Positions 1 to 15,860 of a stretch of 64,000 nt of DNA are shown in pieces. Within the stretch, counting starts at the first letter, position 1; every line of letters starts with the position of its first letter. The translations under genes and the position numbers were made by a program. Where the stretch lies: the NCBI RefSeq assembly GCF_009914755.1, contig NC_060930.1. The stretch is one strand, 5' to 3'. The DNA is from the human T2T-CHM13v2.0 reference genome, Homo sapiens. Under the pieces are notes generated by a model, which saw only the letters and a program-made list of their open reading frames with translations, searched no databases and had not been told where the DNA came from.

Positions 1-269
1 TAGAGATCTTGCCCTTCCTGGAGGCCACCCAGCTTTTCAGCATACTCCTGCTGATGTAGTTTCAGGAGAACAAGTTGTTAAAGGCACTAAGCCACAACCT
101 GCTGCAGGATACTCAAGGTTTCTGTGGGAATTTCATGCCCTCAAAGAGTCTAGTCTTTTAATTTCTGATCTCTATGTTCTATTTATTCCTTCTTATTTCA
201 CACAAATGGCCATGGCCTCAAGTGTTCTGGAAAAAGTGAATTTGAGTGAGAAAATGACTTCTAAAAAAT

Positions 270-882
270 CCTATTGGCTTTCCCTTCAAAAAACATGCAG
301 GCTCCAACCATGTCTTATCCCTTCACTGATACATTTTGAGGTGAGTCACCATTATCTCCCTCCTAGATACTGCAATATTCCCCTAGCTAATCCTTCTCCT
401 TTTATCCTAGTCCCTTTACTAACTACTCTCAAAACAGCTACAAGAGATAACAATGATATCTTAAATCAGATCAATTTACTCTGCTCCATCTCTTCAAAGG
501 ATCCCAATCTGAGCAAAGGCCAACATTGTCACAGAGGTCTATAAGATTATATAGCTTCTCTTCCTACTCCATTAACTCTCTGAATTTACATACTCTCTTC
601 AGTCACACTGGCCTCTCCCTTTCTACAGACTTGTCTGACATACCTAAAGTTCTTTCACACTGGGCAGTCCCTCCTCCTGAAATGCTCCCTGCCCAGAGAG
701 CCATAGGGCTTACTCCCTCAACTCTTGCAAGTGTTGGGATAAATGAATCAATGAGAACTATCTCACCCATTCTATTTACAGTGGCACCATTTTACTCCCC
801 CTTGCCTTTTTTTTTTTTTTTAATTTCTGTTTCAATAGCACTTGGGAGCATTGTAGGTGCTCCTTAACTATTTGTTGAATAT
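270..882 (+). mobile_element. L2 (LINE2) 3' fragment, ancient
   Basis: Pyrimidine-rich L2-like body ending in the L2 3' motif gtaggtgctc...tatttgttgaat. Boundaries approximate. Confidence 0.6.
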
Positions 883-963
883 GTGTGACTATACCTTCAT
901 TTGACCTTTTTCCACAGGCATGACTCTATTGTCTGGTCAAAGACGTTTAAAAGGGCCGTAGTC

Positions 964-1233
<270 letters not shown>

Positions 1234-1719
1234 TCATAGTCTTACCACCACCTGCTAAAGCTTTAGTTTTGTCACTGGTGTTTCAGTATGGACACAGGGG
1301 TGATTGACTTTTTCACTCCTGTGAGGGTGTAAATTGTGGGACTCCCAGTAAGTGCAGTTTGGAGCCATATATAGATAATTTATCCTTCAGCAACGAAGAA
1401 AATAGTTTGTCTTTCTATTTCTACTTGAAAACTATCTACATTTAGCTTCAGTGCCTCTCTCTACTTTAAGAGTTCTTTAAAACCATCAAGCAGCAGTCAA
1501 CACTCTTCCATATTCTGAATGTGTTGTACTTTTCCTGCATGTTATGGCTCAGTCCATACTGTGTTCTCATACTTGGCCATTTTACTATTACATAACAATG
1601 GTCACCCATTCTCTAGACTAGAGTATCTGCACCACTCATTATCCAACTGCCTCTACTATGGCAACATCACATTTTAGTTTTTATTCTTGCAGCATTCCAC
1701 TTCCATTACAAAATTCTAC

Positions 1720-2165
1720 CACATAGTTGAAATGCTTGCCTGCGTATGATAGAAAAAAAATGCCTTAAACAATATAGAAGTTTATTCATCTTTCATGCAA
1801 CACAAAACATATGAGGTCCAGGCTTCTTTCAATTCTCAGGTCCAACAAACTGAAAGTACAGCCTTCATTCTCATGGTCCAAGCAATATGCAAGAGTTTCA
1901 GTCATATCCTTCTCTTTTAGATAGTAGATAAAAGAACAGGACATTAAAAAAAAAAAGCAATCCTCTCTTAAAAGAGGCTTACAGGAATTCACAGGTAACA
2001 TTTCTGCTTATATCTCATTGACTAAACATTAGTTACATGGCCTACAACCAGATTCAAGGGAGGCTAGGAGATGAAGTTCTTTATCAAAGAGAACACACAT
2101 CTAGCTAAAAACCAGGATTCTGGTTTCTAACAAAGAAGGAAAGAATGAATATTGGGACAACTATG
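1720..2165 (-). mobile_element. MLT1-type (ERVL-MaLR) solo LTR, degraded
   Basis: MLT1 motif ttctgcttatatctcattgact...gttacatggcc...caagggaggctagga. Confidence 0.6.
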
Positions 2166-4307
2166 AACAGTTGGAAGTCAACTCACTAAACTTCCATGAG
2201 AAGAAGATAGAACATAAAATTATATTTTATTAACTTGAGTCTGAAAGAGTATCCAAGAACTACTGCATATCTGCATCTTCTGAATACCGCATATTCTGAA
2301 TACTGTATATTCTGAAACTTTAGGCACCATCTCTCCTGGGGTATGCACTTAGCCCCATATCATGCTGCTAAAAGACCAATAACCAAATGAGACATGACAC
2401 CCAGCTGGACCATTCCCAAACACCAGAGGATGTAATGTTGTTTATGTCCAAAAATGTTCAGATAGATAAGCAAAGGCATAGTTAACTTGAACTAAAATGT
2501 GAGGAACATGACATACAGTATTACAACACTCCTCTTGACATAGCTCCCCTCTATCCATTCCAACTTAGGAAAATATGGTAAGCATTATGTTCCTTGCCTA
2601 TGCTTAAATATCATACCCTCCTAAATTATTGAAAGGAATGAGCATAAGCAAACTTTAAACCAAAGAAATAAAAAGTAAGATCTCTAAAGTGGTTACAGTT
2701 TCAAAATATGGACTACACACATTATTTGAAAAACTATGCTGTGGAATTAAGGACGTTTGGAAGAAAACCTTTTAATTAGCTCTACTGTTACATTCCATAA
2801 AGCTAAACTCAACTTGCATTTAAAAATAAAAGAAATTCCATGAGTCAAATAATTTATTTTCAGAGAATCATATCAATCACAATGGATCACCTTTCCGGAA
2901 ACTATCAAATTCAAACCTGGGATCCTGGGTCACAGCCTAGGTACCCTTCATTTGGCTTATGAGGCTAAGCAGGGTGCTCCCTGAGGCAGAGGCTTCCTTG
3001 CCAGTGCTTATGTTCCAGCTGAAACCCACAGCAGTTTCAGGGCAACCCCTTTGGAGGAAAGGAGATTGGCTCCACAAATGCAGGTAAGCCATGTAAAGAT
3101 AAATGAGTTCAAACTCTACAGCTTCTGCTTGCCATTTCAAATCAGAAAGACAAACAGATTGACATATTTCTGCCCAGGAGCATTTCTACATTTCCAAAGA
3201 GAAAACTAGTACTATTATGTTCAGTGGAGGAGAAGCAGCAATGTCCAAAGAAACTTTTTGGATGTGGAAGAGGAAGATGAGGAAGAAGAGAAGAGGCAGA
3301 AGGAGATAGAAAATGTGGATAAGAAAAAACTCTTTGGGTCCAGTTTCAAGAATCAAAGGAGTTGTCACCAAATCTGAAAACTGGGAGAGACTAATTTGAG
3401 GTAAAAATAATTCAACTCTAACTGTGACATACGAGAACTTCCAATGTGTATACTATATTGAAGTTAGTCTGAATTTTTTCATAGTCAAAAGTATACTTTT
3501 TAAAAATACTCATATTTAGTAGCTATAATGCATTTTTCTTAAAATTAAATATCATCTTCTCATATAAATCAATAACCATTTAATAAATGTCTTCATATGG
3601 AGGCTACCCAGCTGTATGCTCAGATACAATCAGATGAATTTTAACAAGTCACAGTTACATATCTCAAGGCCTCTAAAGATAAGGACAAATTTTTAAAAAG
3701 ATAAAGGCAAAATAAAAAGATCTTATTTTACAGCACTAACCTTTACATTAATGCCACTCTACCTCTACTTTAACATTTCTGTCTTTAAAACTGTTTCACA
3801 GGGGTTATTGCCCATTGTATGTTCTTAGTACTTACAACATAAAGGTGACAAGTAGATTGGTCTTATAGTTTATCTGGAGACTATATGAAAAAGAAAATTA
3901 ACATGCAGTTTAAAAAATTTTAAACCAAGAAAATGTCTGTAAATTTAAAGAGATTATTTAAGAACTACTTTAAAAGCTACTCCACCATGACTGAAAGCAA
4001 GTTAAAAATTTAGAATTACTCTTTCAACTGTTGCTCATGGTTATATGATTTAAAGTGAAGAAGTCAAAAAAGCTTTGTTGATATTAAGTCCATGGCTATG
4101 GTCAGTACGTGGCTAATCTTGGTTTAGGTAGATAGGAGTATGTTGGGTATGATTTGGCAAGTCTGCTAAAACATCCCCTGCCTAGAAATATCTTGCCCAG
4201 CAGCAGGCCAAAGAACGCACTGGCCATGAGATCATCTTGACATCAGTCTGTGTTACCATTTTCTTTCTCCTTGGGGTAAAGGATAACTTTTTAAAACAGA
4301 AATTCCA

Positions 4308-4615
<308 letters not shown>

Positions 4616-5767
4616 AAAACAGAAATTCCAAAACCACAAAGGAGAAAACGTTGACATATTTATATATTTATGATGCGACAAGTGTTTACAAATAGTAGAC
4701 TGGAAAAATATTTGCAACATAACTGACAGAAATAAAAAACATTATCCTATAAATTAAGAAATAATAAATCCATGAGTAAATGGCCAAAAAATATGAACAA
4801 ACCTATCAGAGAAGAAGAATTGCAAATTACCTGTTTCCACAAAAGTTGATTCTGTTCTTCTTTCCATTCTGGTTAGGTACAATGTTTTGGAGAAAAGATC
4901 AGGGTCAACAGCAGCCTAGCCAGGAAAAATTATATATGATGTGAGGAGAGATCTTTTCTCTCTTTTTCCAGTCCATGATTTTGTTAAGGTATTGAAATCT
5001 TACGTATGCTATAGTATTTATTGTCTTGACGGGAACTACCAGGAAAAGCAACAGAGCTGCATTGAGAAATCTTCTCTCAAGAATGTATGCCAAATTTAAT
5101 CCTTTAACATAGAATTCAAATTATATTTTCCCCAATTGTGTGAAGTAAAATCTCCTCACTAGTCTCTCCTGAGCTGTTACCCTAAACAAAGTAGAGCTAA
5201 GAAACCACATATGACACCACCTCCACCTTGCACTAGGTTCTCCGTGGAAAAGTATGGAGTTCTGTACAAACAAAAAAGTGACACATAATATCCCACAATA
5301 CTGTCAACTATTGATTCCCTTTTATTTAATGATCATAAGATTATTTTGATTTTATATTTCTTCTTGAGTCAATTTTGACACATTTTATCTTTCTTTTTTA
5401 ATTTGAATCATTTATTATGTTGTTGCCAGAATAAATATCTGTATAACATGTACTGTCATAGAAAATTACATTAAAGGAATTGTGACTAGGCCTGTCATTT
5501 CCCCAGGGTACATACAAATGTGTTTCTTTATAGCTAGATTTTACCATATTCTTAAAATACCACATACATGTACACTCCACATTAGCAATAGGAAATCAAT
5601 GAATAGTTGCAAGACAGAGTGACTTTCTAATGATTTTTGACCTCACAAGTCACCGTAAGATTTCAATATTGGTTTGGTTTCCTTCTTATCATAGAGAGCC
5701 CCTCCCCCCACTCTCTCTCTCTGTTTCTCTCCCTCTTTCTGTCTTTAGCTACATGGCTCCCCTTTAA

Positions 5768-5846
5768 AATATATATATATTTCCATAGGTTATTGGGAAA
5801 CAGGTGCTGTTTGGTTACATGAGTAAGTTCTTTAGTGGTGATTTCT
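5768..5846 (-). mobile_element. Short L1 3'-end fragment (L1PB/L1PREC-type)
   Basis: ggaaacaggtgctgtttggttacatgagtaagttctttagtggtgatttctg is the antisense of the L1PB-type 3'UTR. Confidence 0.7.
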
Positions 5847-5899
5847 GCCTTGCCTCACAGAGGTCCTTGGGGAGGGCTGGCACTGGGAAATGACACATT

Positions 5900-8450
5900 T
5901 TATCATTCTAGAAAAGTATTGGTTTTATCTAAGTTTTCAAATTTTCAACATAAGTTGTATATTTTATAATACAGCCAATATATTTATCTGTTTCCTATTT
6001 TTCATTCCAAATATTGTTTAATGCTTTTGTGCTAAACAAACTGGCCAAGGTTGTGTTTAATTGATATTATTACATTTTAAAATAAACTATGTTTTTTGCT
6101 TTGTTGATTCTTTATCTCCTATCTTTTCTTCTAGTTTATAAATTCTTGCTTCTTATTATTTTCTTCTGTCCACTTTTATGGGGGGTTATTTCCATTTTAT
6201 TTTCTCAAATTCTGAGATATATCCTTAGCTTTTCAAAACTTCGATGTTATCATTTTGTAATGTAGGTATTTAAGGCTATGAATTTTCCTCTAACTTCAAC
6301 TATATCCCACAAGTTTTGATACATAATAATTTTATTACCATTTACATCTTAGTATTCTCTAGTTTTTATTACATACTTTCCTTTAATTTTTAAGTATTTA
6401 GACTTTTTGTTTCAAATGTATAAGACTATATGATGTCAAGACTGTATAATAATGATACATTCATCTTTGTTCTTTGATACTGAGACATTTATAGCCTAAT
6501 ATGCAGTCAATTTTTATAACTGTTATCTATATATAAGAAGAAATTATATTGTTGACGGGTGCAGAGTTCTATAAACACTCTTTAAGGAAGCTTATTATTA
6601 TTCAAATATTCTCCATTCTTTTTAATTTTTGGTCTTTTTTATATATTGCTTATGTAGGGAGATGTATTAAAATCTCCCATTATGACCGTGAGTGTGTCAA
6701 TATCTTTCTCTAGGTCTGTTACTTTTTGCTTTAGGTGAAATCAATACTATTAGATACATACAAGTTTGGTTGTTACACCTTTCTGGTAAATTAAAACTAT
6801 GAGTATGCTTTTGTTTTAGTGACTATTTTGTTTAATGTTACACCAGCTGTATCGACCTTTTGATTAGTATTCCACTTTTTGTAGCCAGTGTTTCTATATT
6901 CTATATTTTATTTGTGACACTTATAAGTAATAAATAGCAGAAATCTATTTTTGTTTAATCTGAAAAATCTCTGCATTTAATTGCTAATTTATATTTATTG
7001 AGATTGTTGGTACTCTTAGATTAATTTTTAGAATTATATAATTGTATTTCATATTACTTATTTTATTTACACTTTTTCTTTCTTTTTTCCTGCCCTCCTC
7101 TGGAGTTTTCTCTAATGAATTGAAAGAGATGCACTCTATTTCTATTCCTTTAGTAGTTAATCTTACTACTTAAGATAAATATAAAACAAAGTGTAATGTA
7201 CACTGTATTTCTAACCTCCTCTTACATAATATAGGGCTTTAGAAAGTCTAAATTTGTATTAACACCCTCCCAACTTATATTATTCCCATCCAGCCTTTTA
7301 ACTATATATTTATTTTATATCTCTTATGAGACATTTTATTGTTTTATGCATTTATGTATAGTCATATATGTGTATATACAGACACAATTATTATAATAGT
7401 TTATTAATTTTGATTTATATATTTGCCCATTTGTCCATCATCCTTGCTTGAGTCTCAGACCTTTCTTTGAGATAACTTTCTTTCTTCTTTCATGAAGACA
7501 ATCCTCTTGAGTTGTGGTTCAGCTTGATATGTAAATAAGGTTTGACATTTATTTTCTCAACATTTTTATGGTAAAATATTGTAAAATTTTGCAATATTAT
7601 TTCAATGTCTTCAGTCTGTATTGTTACTGATGAGAAGTTTGATGTGATACTAATTATCTTTTCTTTAAAACTAATTCAACTTTCCTTTCTTTTAAGGTCT
7701 TTCCTTTGTCTTCATTGTTTAGCAGTTTCCATGCAATGTTTTCAGTTTCCTGAATCTGAGGACATACGTCTTCCATCAATTCTGAAAAACTGGGTTTTCC
7801 CATGCTCACTCTTCCCTCTTTCTAAAATAACAATTAGACTTATGATATGGTTTCTTAGATTATTCTCCATGTCTTTTATCTTCCTTCTTTATTTTTCATC
7901 TTGTGGTCTCTCTGGGTTGAAATCTGGGTAATTTCTTTAGCTATATTTTCCACTTTGCTAATTATCTCTTCACCTGTGTCTAATATTCTGTTAACCCACC
8001 CATTTAGCTTTTAATACCAAAGATATATGTTACTAGAAGTTTTATCTGGATTTTTTCTTAGATCTGCCTACCCATTTTTGTAAATCTTGTCCTTCATTAA
8101 TATTTTTATTTCCTTTTCTATTTATTTAAGCATTTTAAAACAAATTTATTTTATATTCTATACCCTATCCTCAACACCTGAGGATCTACAAGGTTAATTT
8201 CTGCTATTTGTTTTTCTTTTCCTTTTATTCTCCTGACTCGGGTTTGTATAATTTGTTTACTCAGGCTATTTGTAATTTTGGATAATGGGCTCATGTTTAG
8301 CTAGACTCTATCTGTAGGAATCCTGAAATATCTGGTTTGTGTATTCAGCAACAGAATATTTGTTTTTGCTTATGTCAAGGTATTCAGAATGCTAGAAACC
8401 CAGGCATTAATTTTAGGTTAGTTTTTAGGTCTGAGTGTTCTATACCATGC
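5900..8450 (-). mobile_element. Old L1M (L1ME/L1MC-type) fragment
   Basis: T-rich antisense L1 motifs: ggctatgaattttcctcta, tcccacaagttttgata, aaatctcccattatgac, gttactgatgagaagtttgatg. Confidence 0.65.
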
Positions 8451-8739
8451 AGGAAGTACAAATTCAATCACCAACACTGAGGCTTAAATTCAGTTCATTC
8501 TCCGTCTCTTTTCCAAAAGGTATTTTTTTTCCTGCCCTGCTATCCTTTCACTCAGCATGAGTCTCAGTTCCACAGCCCACGTTTCACACAGGACCAGGTC
8601 TGTGTTGCCTGCCCTTTTGTGGCTATTAAAATACAAACTTATAAGGGGGCAAATGACCTAAGGTCAGTTGCAGATTCAGTATCAACTACCACCTTCATAC
8701 ACGACCCTGTATACACCTAGAGGGTACACAGTCCATGCT

Positions 8740-9106
8740 GGGAGTTCTTCTATGGGTTATTTTTGACCTGGAAATAAGAATCAGTGTACTCTAGTGATAG
8801 CAGCAGTAAATTGTGATGTTTTGGAGCTATTGGTGCCCATTTTTGCTTTTTGTGGATTAAACCAATCTTTTGAAAGGAAGAATAAGACCTAGGTATAGAA
8901 TGAAGCAGAAATAAGAAGTAGTGACAAAGTGTTCTGGCAATTTGTTGCTTCTACTTGTTCTTGAATCTTAGATGATCCAGTTGTGTCTCTGTCCATCCCA
9001 TGATTAGTTAACTTTACCTTTCCTTTAATTGCTGAGAAACGCTTTGGCATAAACTAGTTGAGATTATGTCTCTGAGCTTTGCAATAAAAGGACTCCTGAC
9101 TAATAC
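8740..9106 (+). mobile_element. MLT1-type solo LTR, degraded
   Basis: Ends in the MaLR terminus tcctgactaataca, preceded by an MLT1-like body. Confidence 0.6.
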
Positions 9107-10012
9107 ACAAGTATTTTGTTTTACACATCTTTCTCTTTTTCATATCCTGCAAAGCCTATGCATTACATGACAACTGATAGTTGTTAAATTAAATTGACTT
9201 AAATAAGATAATCACAGTAGTTCTACTGAGACCTGAAACTTAACTTTTTGTTTGGTCCCAGACTACTTCCAGTCAGTGCTTTTAAAATGTTCCAATAATG
9301 AGGACCAAAAGAAAGAAGCATCCTGAATACTGACTCAAATAGTATCACCCACCCCAAGGTGGGCAGAAAATGATCCTTCCTTGCACCACAAAACTCACAT
9401 GCTTTAAGGACCCTTGAGAATCAACCCTGTGCAATAAAATACATGCTGAAGTACTAATCTGAATTGTCTGAATATTGAAAATTTTCCTCCAGTCCTTGGA
9501 AAGGAAAGGTTTTATAGTCATGATTCTAAAACATAGAAAAAAGATCACATTTCAAAATTAGTGACTAAGTGTACACAAGCAAACAGGAACGGAGGTCTGA
9601 AGCAATTGATTGGTAATGCATATCAAAATGTGCTACTGTATAAAAATACCTTTGTGCCTCAAGTCAGCCATGTTGCTTGTCATTAGTGATCAAATCTTTG
9701 GCACTGCTCCTCACATTTTGGATACACAAAATCAATGAAGCAGGCCAATCAGAATGGATCTTAGGGTATAGAAATTAAATCTTTATGCTGTCTTGGAGGT
9801 TGGCTGTCAAATACTGAACAAGTAAAATAAAGGCCTCATTTTCATTACTTCTCTCCATGCTCAAACCCTAATATTTAAAAGGCATCCTTGTCTAGTAGTC
9901 ATATATACTCTTACCATCACTCCAAATATTAACACCAAGGCTTATGTCCCATATAAATATACTTATGTAAATTTAATAGAATTATATTTTAATGCCACTA
10001 AATTTTGAATAG

Positions 10013-10369
10013 TGTGTTAGTCTGTTCTCATGCTGCTAATAAAGACATACCCGAGACTGGGTAATTTATAAAGGAAAGGAGGTTTAATGGACTCAAGTTC
10101 CACATGGCTGGGCAGGCCTCAAAATCATGGCTGAAGGCAAAGGAGGAGTAAAGTCACAAATTACATGGTAGCAGGCAAGAGAGTGTGTGCAGGGGAACTC
10201 TACTTTATAAAACCATCAGATCTCATGAGACTTATTCACTATCATGAGAACAGCACTGGAAAGACCCACCCCCATGATTCAATTCAACCTACCCTCCCAT
10301 GACATGTGGGAATTATGGGAGCTACAAGTCAAGATGAGATTTGGGTGGGGACATAGCCAAACCATATCA
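10013..10369 (-). mobile_element. THE1 (THE1B/C-type) solo LTR
   Basis: Termini tgtgttag...ccaaaccatatca. Perfect 5-bp TSD AATAG at 10008-10012 and 10370-10374. Confidence 0.93.
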
Positions 10370-11789
10370 AATAGAAAAGAAAGAAAAGGAAGGAAAAAAT
10401 ATGAGAGCCAGGATGCAACATTTTGATTTATCTTTTTATTTTTTACACAATAACATTTTTATTTAAATCATAGATTATGTATTTCAAGAAGAGAGTCCCC
10501 ATTCCTAACCCATTAACTTCTCATTTCCTTTCTTAAACTTCAGAATGTGTCTATTTGTTTCTTTGGAAACTACAAATCATCTGGGAGATCTCCTCACTGG
10601 CTGTTTTAGTCCTTTGTCTTTGAGAAATGGGCTTCTTCCCACTGGAAGCTGCTAAAAGGATTTTTCCAGAGGAACTACACCACAATGAAGTGACTGCACA
10701 GGCAATTATTTGAGGAAAATGCTCCCTGTGAGTTGGCCAGACAGCATGAAATTGAATAATTTTCTTTTAAACCCTAAAGAGGAGAATAAGAGACTTGGGA
10801 ATAAAAAAAGGATAGGTGCCAAAAAGAATTTCCCCACACAGGGAAGGGAGTGGTCAAGTACCAAAGCACAAGTCAAAAAAATGATGTCTTGGCCTGTCCT
10901 ACTTAACGATGCCCTCTGAGGACCAGGAGCTTTCTCTCATTCTCTCTGCGATTCTGCTTGGAGTTATAGTCTTGTGTGTTAGTATAAAATGAAAATAACC
11001 ACAATAAAAATAAATAAATGCCCTTCCAGAAGATATGGTGTCCAGGCATTAAAAGTCCAGCATATGAGATATATTTGATCCACTGAAAATAATATACCAT
11101 TGGAACTAGTGAAGTCCACTTTTATAATGAACAGAACATCTTGGCTTAGTTCTTCAATATTTTAACAACATGTTCAGAAGTATTTCCTCTAAGTGAAATC
11201 CTTGCTGTTATGAGCTTTTGCTTTTAAATTTGGGAAATAAATCTAATTCCCATGAAGAGTTATAAATGAGAATTATAAATATTATTAGCATTGAGTGACA
11301 CCACAAAATCCCTTCTCATGTTAAATAAAAGTAAGCAAACTGTAACCTAGAAAGGTGTTCAAGTTTACTCAGCTGCTTAGTGACAGGGTCACAGCCAGTA
11401 GATATGTGTCCCTGATCCTAGCCCTACTGTTCTGACCACCTGCTTACCACTCAGTATTCTGCTAAGTGGAAAATAAATATAATAATAATTTGTGCAGATA
11501 TAATTTTTAAATTATTTCTGTAAGGCTGAGTGTAAATTTGTGAATGGCAAATTTTCTCATTCTAACAGAGGCAAGTGCAGATAAGTTTATCTTACCATAA
11601 ACTGATTTTTATCAATTCAGTGCCTTCACTATATTTTAGTTTTCTATTCAAACATTTAAGTCAAAACCTCTGACCATAAAAAAATACAGAAATAAATTAA
11701 TTCTGTTTTTACATTGTCAGCAGAACTACTACAGCCATTCCACCTGCTGCAAAAAGTAAATAGTAAACTAATGCTCAAAATTAATCTTA

Positions 11790-12237
<448 letters not shown>

Positions 12238-13799
12238 TCATAGGTTAGTATTACTTCTAAAAAGGTCAAAATGGGAAGAAATTTCAGGTTAGCCTCCAAA
12301 TAAAATGTGTCTAAATTCCAGGACTGAAAAAGGGGAAATAATACAGATGTTAACCTAAATGACATAAAATACCTAGAAAATCAGAATTGATTGGAAATGG
12401 CATATTTGAGTGTTTTTCACATTTACTAATGGAAAGCATACTGTATTTGTGTAAACAATATGTCAAAAAAGTGGCCTTATACTTTAGACATGTAGCAAAT
12501 GAGAAATTGCCCTGGAAATGATAAATATTTGAATAACAACTCAAAAGTTACTGAGAATGGAACTGGAAACAGAAAATAAACCAGGCAATGAAGAAATCTG
12601 AGGGCTAGGCACAAGGGACTCCAAAATTGAATCCACAGTCTTTACACTCAAGTTGCCTCATGTGTAGTTGACAGGCAGAAATGTAAATGTAACCCGTATG
12701 TTTGCTGGGGTCACTCTGTCCTTTCAGAATTTCTACAAAGCAGGATTAATTTCAGGGGACTCCTTTTCAGAGGGTTTCTCATTCTGCTATCTTGTTCTTG
12801 CTGAACTGTCTCACCGCCATCCTTCCGCCCTGCTCTGACCAGATTTTGAAGAGTCTCTTGTCCTTGAGTTCAACTGAAACATCACTCATACAAGGCATTT
12901 GCATAAGACAGACGTTACTGAGGGTCTGTGGCAATGGGAGAAGGACCATTATATCATAAAATCACACACCACAGAACTTGACCATGGAATTGAAGAGATC
13001 CCTGGGCTCATAAGTTCTCTAGCCACTTTTTTCTGGCCATTTTGCTCCAGTTTCCCACTTTCCCATCACATTCTGCCCTTCGTCCCTTTCTTCTTTCTCC
13101 TGCTTACCACTCAAGCCCAATTCTCCTTAACCTCTTTGAGTAATTCTTTATTTCACTGCTTCTTCTAGAGTATGCCTTAATAACCTCATAATCTTCCCCA
13201 AAAGTAATCTGTTAGCATACTTTCCTAAACGGAGACAGATGCCTCCATAAAAGGAGCTCTTGGATCAAGTGTTAAAGTAACAAACTTCTCCCTAGCAACA
13301 TGTATGATATAGCATGGTCATTCCTCCAAAACTAATGCAGTGTCAGCAGCAGCAGTTGCAGAGGAGAAAGCAATGGAGGCCTCAGCTTTATTGCCTGTAT
13401 TAATAAAATTTATCTCTCTTTTCACAGTTACCATGAGGATAAACTGATTGAGCGTATGAACTCTGAGTTATATCCTAATACAACATATGCTATTCAATAT
13501 CTAGCCATATCTGATTCACAGCACACTTCCAACTAATTTGACAGACATTCCTCCACACCTACCACATGACAGAGAGAAACTGAGGATGTTTCAGGAACAA
13601 AAAGTCATCAAAGATGATCCTTTTAAAACATTTACCTGTAAAACAGGCCACCACGAGACATTCTGGGTTGTTCTAAGAGAGAAGAACATGACAAAGATGT
13701 GTAAGAAAGAAAATACACAATGAATTCATTCATATAGGAGAGTACTGGTGGATAAATTACAAGTAGATTAGGCAGGGGCTTAAAGGCAGGGTAATTATT

Positions 13800-14480
13800 T
13801 CAGATTTAATTTAATAAATTGGAAACAAAATCACTGCTGTCATGTGTGATGTGACTGACAAATAAATAAGCAATTTGATTGCATAATAGTATCAGAGCAT
13901 TCAGAATGTGAGTTGTAAGAGTTTGTATTTTCCGCTCTGGTCAAGAAATACCTATAGAGTTGTGTTCAGCCAGGACTCCATTATTTGAGAACTTTCATAA
14001 ACTGCAGCTAATTCGAAGAGAATGGTAAGGAAGCCTGGTACTATCACACATGAGGAATGACAAAAAGAACAAGGAGTGTTTGCCCTGTAAAAGAGCTATT
14101 ACAAGGGGATGACGTAATAGACCGTGACATTCCTAAGGACATGGTTTGGTATTTTTGACCTTTGAGTCCTCAGCGCCTACATATGGTTGTTACTCAATAA
14201 AGGTCTGTTGAATAAATGAATAAATAATTGAATGGCCAGCTGTCAGACGGAATAGAAATTCTATTTGTTCTTTGTGTCCCTAAAGGGCAGAGGGTGATGG
14301 GAGTTACAGAGATAGAGGTATAGATGGCAACTCAACATAAAGAAGATTTTAACATGTGCAACCTCCCAGCAATGAATGGAACTTCTGCCAGAGATGATCA
14401 AGTTTCAACTCACATGCTAGGGTGAACAGCTCATGCTTGACAAGGAATGACTTAAGCATCCCTTGAACTCTGTGACTATT
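13800..14480 (+). mobile_element. L3/CR1 3' fragment interrupted by an L2 tail (about 14125-14232)
   Basis: L3-like motifs catgaggaatgac...gtgtttgccctg and ttgttctttgtgtccctaaagggcag...ctcaacataaagaaga. Internal L2 end tactcaataaa...gttgaataaatgaat. Confidence 0.55.
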
Positions 14481-15404
14481 CAGCTTCATCAAAATTGTTG
14501 AATTTTTAGCATGATATAGGTCTCTTATAATGACTTGCAATAACTTTGTTAATATTACTTGTAAATATAGTAACAGATTGCCCTAAAAAATTAGCTGCTT
14601 AAACAATGCTCATGTTGCATTTTGAGGTGTTTCATGAGTCACAAATTGGTGAGAGGAGACCACACATAGGTAAACACACAGGCAACCCCTACCTCCCACC
14701 ATGTGTACACATTAGATGAAGTTTCCAATTTATTTAATTGAAGACATGAAGGCTTGTCAGAGTCAGGTGGCTCCACCTGCAAAGGCAGATGTTGCAAATC
14801 TCTACACACTTTCCTTTGCCCCTATTGCTTCTGAAGGGGGCAAGCAATTGTTATTTATATTTTCTATCAGAATACTGTCATATCTTTCCCTGTTATATTT
14901 GCACTTACACCACCATCTTGGAAGAACTTTTGCATTAACAGTTATATTATTTTGTTTACAACATCAACTCCCACATCCAATTCTTGAACTAAATTCGGCA
15001 TCAGAAAGGCATAACTTGGGGAGAAAGTAAGATCACTGCACAATGTGTCTGAATAATACCTTTACCTAGGCTTTCCACAATTCTCAAAAACCTATTATTT
15101 CATACAATTATAAAAGTAACTTAATTCACATGATTTTCCTAAGGAATTAAATCTTCTTCTTTGAATATTATGTTGTCTAGTAATTTCTTAATTCAACCAT
15201 TCTTTTTAGTAGCTCCTGGAAAGTATAGACAAAAGAAATCTTAGTGTTCTATATAATTATGATACTAGACAAAGAAATCCTAAGAAAGAAAGAATTTGAT
15301 AAAGAGCTTTAAAAAGGAAACATAAAAGAAATAGGAAAGAGTTTTGGCTTTAATGACAAAAAAGAAAAAAACCAAAAGGTCTATTTTATAATATCTTGAG
15401 GTTT

Positions 15405-15860
15405 TGACAAAGAGTCTCTGCTTGATGAAAATTTATCAACCTTCTGAATCTTCTCCTAAGTTCATCTGCGCATTTCCTTGTTAAATCTAGTTTTAGCAGA
15501 GAGCCTTGCTAAGTCAGTTTAACAAGAAGCTTCACCCTTGATATTTGGCTCCTTATCCTCTGCCTGCCCTGCAGTGATGACTGATCGCCTGGGGTGTCTA
15601 CAGCGAGAATCTTGTTAGGTTGGTCTAGCCAGAATCCCTCTCACCCCTGATGTTTCCTCTTAGTAATTTTCCATCCACTGACTCCCACCCTGCTCCTTGG
15701 CTATAAATTCCCACTTGCTCATGCTGTATTCAGAGTTGAGCTCACTCACTCTCCCAACTGCAAAACTCTACTGCCAAGGTACCTGTACCTATTGCGATGG
15801 TCATGAATAAAGTCAGCCTTATGATGTAACACACGTCAGTGAATAACTATTTCTTTAACA
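15405..15860 (+). mobile_element. MER31A-type ERV1 solo LTR
   Basis: Termini TGACAAAGA...TTTCTTTAACA. Internal ccctgatgtttcctcttagtaattttccatccactgac, TATA-like ggctataaat and AATAAA. 4-bp flanks gttt/gtta. Confidence 0.85.

Noticed and set aside
2260-2318. Three degenerate 16-bp repeats (tactgcatattctgaa), plus similar micro-duplications near 25783, 53086 and 59392
   Set aside because: Ordinary slippage duplications with no further structure.
13410-13510. Strong acceptor-like tctctcttttcacag
   Set aside because: Followed by MIR-like sequence with stops and no clear donor.
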